Virus record (IMG/VR): IMGVR_UViG_3300042922_000707
Span: 12,233-76,232 of that record
Direction: 5' to 3' (one strand)
DNA length: 64,000 nucleotides
From: a virus
The notes beneath the pieces were generated by a model that did no database searches, was not told the DNA's origin, and worked only from the letters and a program-made list of their open reading frames with translations. Position numbers and translations under genes: made by a program. This document shows positions 38,798 to 47,748 of the stretch, piece by piece (within the stretch, counting starts at the first letter, position 1; every line of letters begins with the position of its first letter).

Positions 38798-38816
38798 TAC
38801 TTGTAAATTTTGCCCA

Positions 38817-39620
38817 CTAGCTTACGGTTACTGTCGTGCTGGTTGTATAACCACCATATGTGGCAGTTACAGTCGCTATACCAGCTCCAATACCCTCTCC
38901 ACTTCCGGCATTACTGATTGTAAGTACAGTCTCCTTGGAAGAAGTCCATACACACTCATCTGTAACGTCCTCAGTTGTCCCGTCTTCATAAACAGCATTG
39001 GCACTGAATGCCTGTGTCTGTGCTACGGTAATTGTAGGGTTACTTGGTGTTAAATAGAAATTAATTAGTCTCTTCGTTGGGCCTGGCAATACAGCACTTT
39101 CATCCCCAATCCTAAACAATTGGTCGCCCAATGGTCTTTCCTCATCTGGATATGCCGCCCACTCACAAGGCACAACCCACTCAGAATCCAATTTGTACTG
39201 AAGATTCAAGTTAGTCTTACTACCCGCCTTGTAAATTATAACATCTCTAGACTTATCATTGAATCCTGCACTTACAGGATGTATTCTAAGTCTTCCCGCC
39301 AATGGTTGCATTCTAAGTCCTGGACGCTGTCCAAACGTTAGTGCCTGTCCATCTGCATCGCTGGCAGTTGGTGCAACTCTCTTTATTGCAACTAGGCTTG
39401 TGTCTACAACGTTTGTCTTGTAGGATGCCTTCTCACCAATTAAAATACTGTCAACAATTGTAGTGCCAAACTGGTCAATCTCATTTATATCATGCCAGTC
39501 AGCCTCATAATTGAACTCTCCACCACCTTTGGTTAAACCCAAGTAGACCTCAACGCCACCTCCTGGTGGTGTGTAATACAAGTCTGCAACTCCAATGGTA
39601 ATTTTATCAATTTGTCCCAT
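38817..39620 (-). CDS. Major tail tube protein with C-terminal Ig-like (Big_2) domain
   Basis: YLGLTKGG...DQFG..VD tube-type N-terminus; YEDGTTEDVT...WTSS Ig domain. Confidence 0.82.
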   Translation of the reverse strand: MGQIDKITIGVADLYYTPPGGGVEVYLGLTKGGGEFNYEADWHDINEIDQFGTTIVDSILIGEKASYKTNVVDTSLVAIKRVAPTASDADGQALTFGQRPGLRMQPLAGRLRIHPVSAGFNDKSRDVIIYKAGSKTNLNLQYKLDSEWVVPCEWAAYPDEERPLGDQLFRIGDESAVLPGPTKRLINFYLTPSNPTITVAQTQAFSANAVYEDGTTEDVTDECVWTSSKETVLTISNAGSGEGIGAGIATVTATYGGYTTSTTVTVS

Positions 39621-39856
39621 TATTTTTTACCTCCCTTCATTAGTATAGCCTGTCTTGCTTCATTGTCCTTCTTTATTTGCTCTCTAGTCTTTGAAACATC
39701 TAGGCTACCATCATTTATATCAACTGCTAAATGGTTGTTTATGAGTTCGTCTGCTACAGCGTCCTCGCATACCATAACGTCTCCATTTACATATTGATTG
39801 CCATTGTGACTATAATTGCCCTGTGGGCCTAAGCCAGTAAATAATACATTTTTCAT
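39620..39856 (-). CDS. Hypothetical neck-region protein
   Basis: GGAGGTG RBS. Confidence 0.65.
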   Translation of the reverse strand: MKNVLFTGLGPQGNYSHNGNQYVNGDVMVCEDAVADELINNHLAVDINDGSLDVSKTREQIKKDNEARQAILMKGGKK

Positions 39857-39867
39857 TTAATCACCTC

Positions 39868-40374
39868 CTAGCCTGCAAAGGTACGGAAGAATATGTCGAA
39901 ATCTATTTGCACAACACATGCAGGTACCTTAATCTGTGCAAATAACTCTGTTGATATATTATCAAATCGAATTCCACGTACTCTTCTGTATACTACCATT
40001 CCACCTGCCTCCGTCTCGGAAGGGTCTATTCTAAATGAGCTTAGGACTGGTGTCGCTCTTAACACGTTTGCTATGAGCTCAGCTTCCTTTATTTTTGGTA
40101 GCATTTCTTCCTGAGTCTCATAAGAATATGGGGCAGTGTAAAGAATTTGGAATGGGTATTGTTCTGCCTCTATGTCAAGTACTTCATTGGCAGACTCTGT
40201 ATCTATTTCTATGGGTTCTATAAATACAGCGGGTAGATACTCTTTTATTACTTCCGGTGCAGGAAGAAGTCTAAATCCGCCTATATTTATGTTCTTTACC
40301 GTCAAGGGAAGTTCAGTGTCAAGTACTTCCTTTATTTTCTTAGTTATTTCAGTTGTATAATAAAAATTCTTCAT
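39868..40374 (-). CDS. Tail terminator-like protein
   Basis: LPAVFI motif; synteny. Confidence 0.55.
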   Translation of the reverse strand: MKNFYYTTEITKKIKEVLDTELPLTVKNINIGGFRLLPAPEVIKEYLPAVFIEPIEIDTESANEVLDIEAEQYPFQILYTAPYSYETQEEMLPKIKEAELIANVLRATPVLSSFRIDPSETEAGGMVVYRRVRGIRFDNISTELFAQIKVPACVVQIDFDIFFRTFAG

Positions 40375-40895
40375 TACTCAGCACCTGCCCTCTGAATTTG
40401 TGTTACAAAGTTGTTTAAGTGTTTTTGGTAGGGTTGCTCAAGGAACTTAGTAGCCTCAATGCCCACTGTTATACCTCTAATTGGCTGTCCGGTTATAGTG
40501 CTAATGAACTGCTTACCCTTCATTGTTATCAATCCGTGTGACCTTGCCCACCATATTAGGTCCAGCCTATCCATACCATTCCTATCCACGAATGGCACAT
40601 AGTGCCTACGTGTCCCCTCATGTATATAAATCGCATAGTCCACACCGGAAAACACTTCACCCACAATATGGTCGCCTGAAGTACTTACTCTATTGAGTAT
40701 GCTGTTAATTAAACGCCCCTGCCAAATATGCTCTGTACTTCTTATTATTTCCCTTGCATCATCTCTTATGTCCCTTGTAACAAGATTCATTATTTGTGTC
40801 ACACGACGTTTGGTGCTTTCTTCCTTACCAGTTAAGTACTTTACAGCCTGCTCATTCTCTATTATTATTCTAAAGCTATCTGCCACTTGTACCAA
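40374..40895 (-). CDS. HK97 gp10-like tail completion protein
   Basis: GRLINSI...VDYAIYIHEGT...FLEQP. Confidence 0.72.
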   Translation of the reverse strand: MVQVADSFRIIIENEQAVKYLTGKEESTKRRVTQIMNLVTRDIRDDAREIIRSTEHIWQGRLINSILNRVSTSGDHIVGEVFSGVDYAIYIHEGTRRHYVPFVDRNGMDRLDLIWWARSHGLITMKGKQFISTITGQPIRGITVGIEATKFLEQPYQKHLNNFVTQIQRAGAE

Positions 40896-40898
40896 CCC

Positions 40899-41180
40899 CT
40901 ATACATTCTTGTCTTCCAGCTTAAGCTTATACACGTCTCCCATGATAAAAACTTCTTGAACTGTGAATTGAGCTCCGGTAGCCTCGTTTGTTATGACGTC
41001 ACCACGTTTGATTGCAATTTCATCATCTATAGTTATATAACCTATGTCATCACTTGTTATAAGGGCTGGAATGCCCCTCATGGAACCTTCCTGTGCCTGT
41101 TTATATACAGCAGAGCGGTTGCTTACAGTATGCGTGGCGGGTATAATGGTTATGCTTGTATTAAACAATTCATGAATCAT
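40899..41180 (-). CDS. Head closure protein (putative)
   Basis: Synteny; IKRGDVI...FTV motif. Confidence 0.5.
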   Translation of the reverse strand: MIHELFNTSITIIPATHTVSNRSAVYKQAQEGSMRGIPALITSDDIGYITIDDEIAIKRGDVITNEATGAQFTVQEVFIMGDVYKLKLEDKNV

Positions 41181-41527
41181 AGATACCCACCTCTTACTTT
41201 TGAGATACCATAGTTCATAGGTGCCCCACCATTTTTAATTCTGTCCTTGTCCAACTTAGCTAGAATTGTGGCAAGTGCTTTCTCATTCAACTTGTAGGAA
41301 TAGTCGTCAACTTGTTCACTTTGGTAAGTCCTATCCTTACTCAAATAAAGTATGAGTTCTGTTGATACAAGTTTAATCAGTGCATTTGTTGTTTCGTAGG
41401 GCTTCAACACATACTCATCAATGATAATGGTTGAGGCTTCCACTAACAATTCTAGTTTGTCATCCGGAACTTTGGGCTTTGGTAACTTTGTCAAAGAACG
41501 TGCTTCTGTCAACGTTAAATATGCCAT
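41177..41527 (-). CDS. Head-tail connector/adaptor
   Basis: MAYLTLTE...AS.IIDEY...QSEQVDDYSY. Confidence 0.72.
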   Translation of the reverse strand: MAYLTLTEARSLTKLPKPKVPDDKLELLVEASTIIIDEYVLKPYETTNALIKLVSTELILYLSKDRTYQSEQVDDYSYKLNEKALATILAKLDKDRIKNGGAPMNYGISKVRGGYL

Positions 41528-41531
41528 ATCC

Positions 41532-41699
41532 TCAACCTCCTAATTTAAACCCGTTGTCTAAGATGTATTTTACAAGCTCCACCTTAGTTGGGAACTTATC
41601 TACTGGAAGTGGTATTTTCTTTTCCACTGCCATTTCAGCAATTTCTTCATAGCTGTGATAACTTACAAACTTGGTCAGCATCATCCTAGTATGTGCCAT
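41532..41699 (-). CDS. 55-aa HeH/Rho-N-like protein (not in ORF track)
   Basis: ...TKVELVKYILDNGFKLGG*, similar to the C-terminus of the upstream gene. Confidence 0.65.
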   Translation of the reverse strand: MAHTRMMLTKFVSYHSYEEIAEMAVEKKIPLPVDKFPTKVELVKYILDNGFKLGG

Positions 41700-41700
41700 A

Positions 41701-42222
41701 CTATTCACCTATGTTAAAACCGTTGTCTATAAGGAATTGAAATACGTCTGACTTCTTCTTAAGGAAATCCGGAATATCAATTCCGCTCTCACCAGCTTGT
41801 TTCATCATTTGCTGTAATGTAGTTTCCTTATAATAAGCTTCCTGCTTTTCTGTTAGCTCCGCATCCGTGTCTGACTCATCCGGTAGCTTATTTTCTGGGT
41901 CTTCATCTTCCGGTAGCTTATCTTCCGGTAGCTTATCTTCTGGGCTTACCTCTTCTGGTAGTTTATCTTCAGGTGTAGTAGTCTCTTCCTTTTTTACTTC
42001 CACAATAGCTGTGTTTTGAGGTGCTCCTTGCCCTTCAATTCTACCCGTGTCGCCCTTTTCCTCGGGCTCTGTAGCTTTTATAATACGGAGTACAGTGTAC
42101 CCGTCCTTCGGTAATTGTCTTACTATGTCATCACTCAGTGTCACTTCTTCATTTTTTACTAGCTTCACTACACCAGCAATTTCATGGGTTAATGAACCTG
42201 TCCATTTTATTATCTTTGGCAT
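41701..42222 (-). CDS. Post-capsid protein with EDKLP repeats and a helical C-terminal domain
   Basis: PEDKLPE repeats; AAGGAG RBS. Confidence 0.7.
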   Translation of the reverse strand: MPKIIKWTGSLTHEIAGVVKLVKNEEVTLSDDIVRQLPKDGYTVLRIIKATEPEEKGDTGRIEGQGAPQNTAIVEVKKEETTTPEDKLPEEVSPEDKLPEDKLPEDEDPENKLPDESDTDAELTEKQEAYYKETTLQQMMKQAGESGIDIPDFLKKKSDVFQFLIDNGFNIGE

Positions 42223-42249
42223 TACTAAACAACTCCTTCCAAATGTGAG

Positions 42250-42278
42250 TAAAGTTTAGGAGGATTTCCCTCCTAAAC
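42250..42278 (-). terminator. Terminator after the major capsid gene
   Basis: GTTTAGGAGG/CCTCCTAAAC stem followed by TTT. Confidence 0.75.
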
Positions 42279-42295
42279 AGTCTCCAATTTTATTC

Positions 42296-43270
42296 TTATG
42301 CTAATGCTGGCTTTATGTTATAAACATAACCTGAAGCCTGAATTTCCTCAATTGCTACATCCAACTTCATTGTTAACACAATGATATACTGTCTTGCAGT
42401 AATGTCCTTGTCAGTCTCAACCTGTATCTTTCTAGAAATACCTGTAATGATATTTTTAGGGTGTATCAAGATTGATTGTCCAAGACCAGTGATTGGAGCT
42501 CCTGCACCTTCACCATCTTCATCATATGATAAGTTACTTGGCATTAATGATACTCTTTGTATTGGCACACCAAGAGCAGAAGTGTTAGTGTTTTCCAGCA
42601 AGTATCTATCGCCAACTGCTGTGTTTCTCTGAGCAATTAATTGTCTCCATCTAAGCTCTGTAGTTCTGTCAGTGTAGAATTTATACTGCTCAGGAACTCT
42701 TATAAACTTCTCAGGAACTTTTAAATAAGTCTCTGCCCATAAAGAATCACTAATTGGTTGTGCTTTCCAGTCCAATGAGTTTCCAGCCTTAACCTGCTTA
42801 ATTACGCCGTTAAGAAGTGCTAAATAGTCGTCAGTTGCATTTGCTGTGTCGCCATTAATTATAAGCTCTTCCAAGTCTACAGCGGCTCTTTCAGCAATCA
42901 ACTGCATAATAGTATCCTTGAATCCTTCTTGCTCAATGTTTGCTTCAATAGTGTCATAAGAAAGTCTAATTTCTGCAATAACTTCCTTTGTAGTTAACTG
43001 AACTGTACCTGAAGTTGGTTTAGCTCTCTTGTCAGCCGCTAAAGCAGTATTCTCAATACCCCTTCTTAAAATTCTGTCTGCAAATCCAATCTTCTCAACT
43101 TTCATTGAGTCACCTGGGAATGTAATTACACGACAGTCCTTCATAATTGTAGGAGTATCCTGTACCATTCTAAGGAATTTGTCTCCTTGCTGTGGGTCTA
43201 AGTAACCCCCATTAGTTTTAAGATCTGATAACACTAAGTCCGCTTTTTGAATAATTTCGTTATTTGTCAT
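42296..43270 (-). CDS. Major capsid protein (XkdG-like, HK97 fold)
   Basis: GGYLDPQQ..KF, IENIE-like segment, AAVDLEELIINGD, LIHPKNI. Confidence 0.88.
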   Translation of the reverse strand: MTNNEIIQKADLVLSDLKTNGGYLDPQQGDKFLRMVQDTPTIMKDCRVITFPGDSMKVEKIGFADRILRRGIENTALAADKRAKPTSGTVQLTTKEVIAEIRLSYDTIEANIEQEGFKDTIMQLIAERAAVDLEELIINGDTANATDDYLALLNGVIKQVKAGNSLDWKAQPISDSLWAETYLKVPEKFIRVPEQYKFYTDRTTELRWRQLIAQRNTAVGDRYLLENTNTSALGVPIQRVSLMPSNLSYDEDGEGAGAPITGLGQSILIHPKNIITGISRKIQVETDKDITARQYIIVLTMKLDVAIEEIQASGYVYNIKPALA

Positions 43271-43305
43271 TATAAATTCCTCCATTCTATCCTATGATTT
43301 TTTTT

Positions 43306-44286
43306 TTACTTACCGCTGAATCCAAATGCACTGTCAAACACTCCTGCAGTCTTCTTAACTTCTTTCCCGCCTGCTGGTTCATCTCCACTAACGCTTGAAG
43401 ACTTTCTTACACTTTCCAACTTTTCAACTCTTTCTGAAACTGACTTAACTGTTTCTGAAATTCCAGACAACGTCTCAGCTATTGGACCAAGTGCAGACTT
43501 AATTACCTCTTCCGCAGTTTTCTCAACTTGCCCTGTTACTTCACCTGCTGTCTTAGTTGCATCTTCTGCCTTTTGCACAGCATCCTCTGTTCCTTTTTCC
43601 AGCACTCCAACCTTCTCACTTACTTTGCCCAAATCAGATTTTAATGACTCAATGCCTTCTGTTAATGGTGCTAACACTTGTTCCATTGCCTTTTGAATAT
43701 CTTCTGCTTTCATCTCGTCCTCCTCTTTTATTACATCTCCAGATTTAATTTCTGAAAACACATTGTTAAGTTTACTTATCCCCTGCTCAAATTCTTTTAG
43801 AAGTTTAGCATTAACAGGGCTTTCTGTCTTCTGGACCTTAATTGACTTTTCCTTATCCGCCTTGACAAGTTCTGCACTCTTCTCGATACCCACTGTACCT
43901 AAAGTTTCTAGAATGTACTTTTTGAACTCATCCAACTCTTTTTCTATGTCCGCTTTGGGTGTCTCAGAATTTGTCCACCACAGTATGTCATACATTACAT
44001 CTCGCATTACATTGTAAGAGTCCCATAAGCTATTCCATGCCTTTTGTCTTTCCATTGTTACTCTAAAGGACGGTTTATCATCCTCTTTAATAAGCACACC
44101 CTTAACAGCACTCATAACCTTTTCCAATAGTGTTGCGTTGCTCTTTTGTACTGGCTCTGCCACCACTACCTTTTCTTCTTCCGGTTGATAGTCATCACTC
44201 TTATAGAGCATTAACTTCTGTTTATTAGCTCCTTTATTTACAAGGCTAATATATTGAACTTCTACATCCTTAAGTTCTCTTGGCAT
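43306..44286 (-). CDS. Scaffold protein carrying an N-terminal protease strand
   Basis: MPRELKDVEVQYISLVNKGAN followed by coiled coil; precedes capsid gene. Confidence 0.75.
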   Translation of the reverse strand: MPRELKDVEVQYISLVNKGANKQKLMLYKSDDYQPEEEKVVVAEPVQKSNATLLEKVMSAVKGVLIKEDDKPSFRVTMERQKAWNSLWDSYNVMRDVMYDILWWTNSETPKADIEKELDEFKKYILETLGTVGIEKSAELVKADKEKSIKVQKTESPVNAKLLKEFEQGISKLNNVFSEIKSGDVIKEEDEMKAEDIQKAMEQVLAPLTEGIESLKSDLGKVSEKVGVLEKGTEDAVQKAEDATKTAGEVTGQVEKTAEEVIKSALGPIAETLSGISETVKSVSERVEKLESVRKSSSVSGDEPAGGKEVKKTAGVFDSAFGFSGK

Positions 44287-44702
44287 TAATCCTCACCTCC
44301 CACATCTGGAATTATTTCATGCTCTTCTACTGAACGAGCAAAACCAGCAAGACTAAGTCCTGTTATTTCTTCATTTTCAACCTGTTCCCAAGTTTCCTCT
44401 TTTTCTACCTTTATGGCAACAATCCAACTGCCTTCCACAAATCCATCCGGGTCATCTTTCTGTGCTAAGTAGCTTTCACATACATAGCCCTCGTCTGGGT
44501 CAAAGTCATGTTGTTTATCCACATTGTGCAGGTTCATCTTTTTCATAAACCCGTACGCCATTTTCTCTATTTCTTCGGATGTCATAAAGTCACCCTGTGT
44601 ATCTTCCTCCAGTGGAACATATACTGGACACTTTATAATTCTCTTGCTGTCATTCTTTACAAGTCTTGTTATAGTGTTGTTAAATTTTCCCATTAGTTTC
44701 AC
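44286..44702 (-). CDS. XkdF-like prohead serine protease (core fragment)
   Basis: VYVPLEEDTQGDFMTSEEIEKMAYGF...VDKQH...ESY...GSWIV...ITGLSLAG. Confidence 0.85.
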   Translation of the reverse strand: MKLMGKFNNTITRLVKNDSKRIIKCPVYVPLEEDTQGDFMTSEEIEKMAYGFMKKMNLHNVDKQHDFDPDEGYVCESYLAQKDDPDGFVEGSWIVAIKVEKEETWEQVENEEITGLSLAGFARSVEEHEIIPDVGGED

Positions 44703-44705
44703 CTC

Positions 44706-45581
44706 CTACTCCAATGAATTATATTCCTCTTGTGTCAAGTACTCAAGTCCACATCGGCAGTTTATTATTTCTTCTGCTGGTGCACCATGCTCTGTGTCAC
44801 CCGGATACATTAGTTGAAAACCACCCACGTTAAACGTCTCATTTATTAATACCACTTGACCCTCTGCCAATTGGTGAGTCTTTCTTACACTCTCGTCCAA
44901 GGAAGTTCTCCACTTCTTAGCATAATATATTCCAGTGTTCACATTGTAGTAAAAATCCACATGGTTTGTGGCACCAAGTATTTCTGTTCTCGCCACTGTT
45001 ATGGCCCGGTTTATGCTGAATGCTGGCAAGTCCTTAATTTCTTGTGCTATTTCAGTAAAATGCCTTCCTTCCTCATATCCCTTGACTAAAAATTCCCTAA
45101 CTGCCTTCTCTGTAGTTTGATTTACCTGCTGTGCCCACTTAATGGACTTTGTCTCCAAGAAATTACTTATATGTATATCAAACTTGTTTAGGTCTATGTC
45201 AAACCCAATCTCTTTTATAAGTAGTTCCACAGTGTCCGACATAAGTCGAAACATTGTACTGTAGTATAGACCCTGTAGTTCATCCTGCCATGTATTGGAG
45301 TCGTTTGTTATGTATTCCCTAACAAATCCCTCATAGCTCGTGACTTCTATTTCTAATTCCTTAACTACAGGAACATACTTGTTTACCCTATCCGAGTACG
45401 CTTGCATTTGGTTGCCCAATTGAGTGTGTATAATGTCAATAAAAGTATCTATCTCATTTACAGCAAAGTCTGCCCATACTGGGTTTGTTACTATTCCCTT
45501 TATCCATTCCTCGGTGGTTTCCATTTTCAGTAATGCAGTTTCTATAATGGATGCCATCTTTAGTAGCTTAGTCTTCTTCAT
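44706..45581 (-). CDS. Minor head morphogenesis protein (Mu gpF / SPP1 gp7 family)
   Basis: RAITVARTE, KKW...D..VR.TH, PGD...EIINCRC. Confidence 0.9.
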   Translation of the reverse strand: MKKTKLLKMASIIETALLKMETTEEWIKGIVTNPVWADFAVNEIDTFIDIIHTQLGNQMQAYSDRVNKYVPVVKELEIEVTSYEGFVREYITNDSNTWQDELQGLYYSTMFRLMSDTVELLIKEIGFDIDLNKFDIHISNFLETKSIKWAQQVNQTTEKAVREFLVKGYEEGRHFTEIAQEIKDLPAFSINRAITVARTEILGATNHVDFYYNVNTGIYYAKKWRTSLDESVRKTHQLAEGQVVLINETFNVGGFQLMYPGDTEHGAPAEEIINCRCGLEYLTQEEYNSLE

Positions 45582-47193
45582 ACTCCGCCACCTTCTTTAT
45601 CTCGTAAAGAACTTCTTTTAGGATTGTAGTTACTTCTTGCTTGCTAAAGTTGTTTGACTTCTGTACTTCGCCTTCTTCTATTTCTTCCTCTGGCTCATCC
45701 ACAAGTGCCCCACCTATACGACTTGCAATTGACTCTATTTCCATTTTCTTAATTGTCATGGATAGTGGTAAGTCTCCCCACTCCTCTTCAATTACATTCA
45801 TCTTCCTGCCCAACAAGTCACTTAATGCCTCAACCAATGTGTTTGGTGTAGCAACTCCACTGGTTATGTATGGTGCAAGTGCCTTACTTAGTTCATACTT
45901 GTCAGTCAATTTAGGGGACTTGAATCTAAACTCAACTAAGTCGTACCCTAAGTCTCTTAGTATTCTGTTAAACGGTTCGGACAGTTCTTGGCGTTCTGGC
46001 TCAAATACAAGTGCTTCTGCAACTGCTCTGGCTGTCTGTGCCGTAGATTTACTATAGTCCTGTGATTCCCCTGTGTAGATTGGTGGTATCCTGTAACTAG
46101 AGCGTATCTTATTTCTGTTGTTCTTGTCATAGTCTTGGAATAGTCCATCCTGCTGTATGAGCTCTGTTAATGGCTTTACATCTATCTTGACGTTACTATT
46201 TCGCTTATTCTCTGACTCAACAATGGAATCGTCTTCCTGAAAAGATTCAGCTTCCAGCAGTAGGAATCTAAATGCTTTCGCATTACCATGCAGTTCCGAA
46301 ATGGCATCGTGTGCCTCTTGTGTTAATTGCCCATTTTCTATTAATATAGCCGCTGGAACAATTCTACCATTGTCGAAAAATGAGATATTCAGCTCTTCCG
46401 ACTTTCTACTGCCCACAATGCTTGGAACTTTTCCAATGTACCTAGGTACTCCATAGTGATTATAAATGGACTCTATCTTAAAGTGTATTAAGCAACTTGC
46501 TTTATTTTCCTCATTGATGCTATCCCCATATTCACCCGTATGTTTGTCCATAGGACGTGGGTCTCCATACTCTTTGAAGAATATTCTTTTGCCCCCATCA
46601 TTCATTGCGTAACGGTGGAATCTGACTGGTATGGTCATGTTCTTAGTCTTTTTACGCCCTTCGCCATACTTGACTTCCATTGATATGTCCACTGCATTGA
46701 TTGGTTTAAGGATTCTAACCTTACTGCTGTTGTTTACAAACTCAAACCCGCATGGAACACCATTCACGTTCTCAATTACTTCCAGGTACGCATTACCGTT
46801 CCTCTCTCTATTATCAACTACCTTTTTAGTTAATTGTGTAAAACTTTCTTTGTAGTTGGCATAATGAAAAAGTAATTCAGCTTCCTCTTTTTGCTGTAGA
46901 GCAACGGCCTCCAGCTTCTTGTCATAGCTTGTACTATTTGTATCTATTACGGGCACAATCTCCCAACCAAATCCAGTTATGTTGTTTTTATATGCATCAA
47001 TGCATTCCCCAAGTATATTACTGTACTCTGGAAATTTAAGTAGTGCATATAAATCATATGGTGGTGTATATGCACCTCCACCGTAGTCAAATGTATCTTC
47101 TGGCTCTGATACTTGAGCATTTGCAGGCAATAACTTATTTTCTATTACTGACGCTTTTATCAAGCTTCTTGTTGCATTTTGTATGCCACTCAA
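45568..47193 (-). CDS. Portal protein (PBSX XkdE-like)
   Basis: CIDAYKNNI.GFG, GNAYLEV, YGVPRY, FFDNG, YRIPPIYTG. Confidence 0.9.
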   Translation of the reverse strand: MSGIQNATRSLIKASVIENKLLPANAQVSEPEDTFDYGGGAYTPPYDLYALLKFPEYSNILGECIDAYKNNITGFGWEIVPVIDTNSTSYDKKLEAVALQQKEEAELLFHYANYKESFTQLTKKVVDNRERNGNAYLEVIENVNGVPCGFEFVNNSSKVRILKPINAVDISMEVKYGEGRKKTKNMTIPVRFHRYAMNDGGKRIFFKEYGDPRPMDKHTGEYGDSINEENKASCLIHFKIESIYNHYGVPRYIGKVPSIVGSRKSEELNISFFDNGRIVPAAILIENGQLTQEAHDAISELHGNAKAFRFLLLEAESFQEDDSIVESENKRNSNVKIDVKPLTELIQQDGLFQDYDKNNRNKIRSSYRIPPIYTGESQDYSKSTAQTARAVAEALVFEPERQELSEPFNRILRDLGYDLVEFRFKSPKLTDKYELSKALAPYITSGVATPNTLVEALSDLLGRKMNVIEEEWGDLPLSMTIKKMEIESIASRIGGALVDEPEEEIEEGEVQKSNNFSKQEVTTILKEVLYEIKKVAEYEED

Positions 47194-47259
47194 AATCTCA
47201 CCCCATTTGGTTTGTTAAAGTCATTTAATGTAACTTCTGACTATATATCTTACAAACAT

Positions 47260-47288
47260 ATTATAATATAAAAATTTCCATTATGCAA
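47260..47288 (-). promoter_or_regulatory. 17-bp-spacer promoter for head genes
   Basis: TTGCAT-N17-TATAAT. Confidence 0.65.
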
Positions 47289-47323
47289 CATATTTTGGAA
47301 AAATTTATTCAAAACTTTTTAAT

Positions 47324-47623
47324 CTATTTATTTTCCACAGTAGCTCCAGTTTTGGAGTTAGGATTCCTGTTTATAATTATCTGCCTTAGCTTTAAAGAGT
47401 ACTCAATATCGTTGCTTAGTCTGGCTAAACTCTCAAGAAAGTAGTTACTGCTCCTGGTAGGAATAATCTTTCTCTGCACCAACTTTATAGCCTTCTTTCC
47501 CGCATTAAAATTGTTTAGGTGTGTATGGCCACCTTTAAAATCCTTTGCTCTATTATACACTACAAAACCCTTACCACTTCTGAATATCATAAAACTACCG
47601 CTAATATATATGGTTCCGCTCAT
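47324..47623 (-). CDS. Basic hypothetical protein between terminase and portal
   Basis: GGAGGT RBS; YN..K.FKGGHTHL motif. Confidence 0.7.
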   Translation of the reverse strand: MSGTIYISGSFMIFRSGKGFVVYNRAKDFKGGHTHLNNFNAGKKAIKLVQRKIIPTRSSNYFLESLARLSNDIEYSLKLRQIIINRNPNSKTGATVENK

Positions 47624-47670
47624 ATACTACCTCCGTCGTACAAAACGCAGTAAGGGCTCGTTATAGTGTG

Positions 47671-47721
47671 CCTTAATTCTGCCATTTTGCGGTTTTATTG
47701 CACCCCTTAATAGTAAAATAC
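47671..47721 (-). repeat. 51-bp bipartite intergenic element, degenerate copy
   Basis: GTATtttacTATTAa-N19-AAAT-GGCAGAATTAAGG, same spacing. Confidence 0.65.
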
Positions 47722-47743
47722 TACCCATTTTTTGGGTAGTATT
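47715..47743 (-). terminator. Terminator after terminase
   Basis: AATACTACCC/GGGTAGTATT stem followed by TT. Confidence 0.65.
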
Positions 47744-47748
47744 CATTA

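Noticed and set aside
33365-40895. Contractile (PBSX-like) tail, suggested by the XkdE/F/G-like head genes
   Set aside because: No sheath or baseplate J/wedge genes recognised; tube-chaperone-tape measure-Dit-hub order is siphovirus-like.
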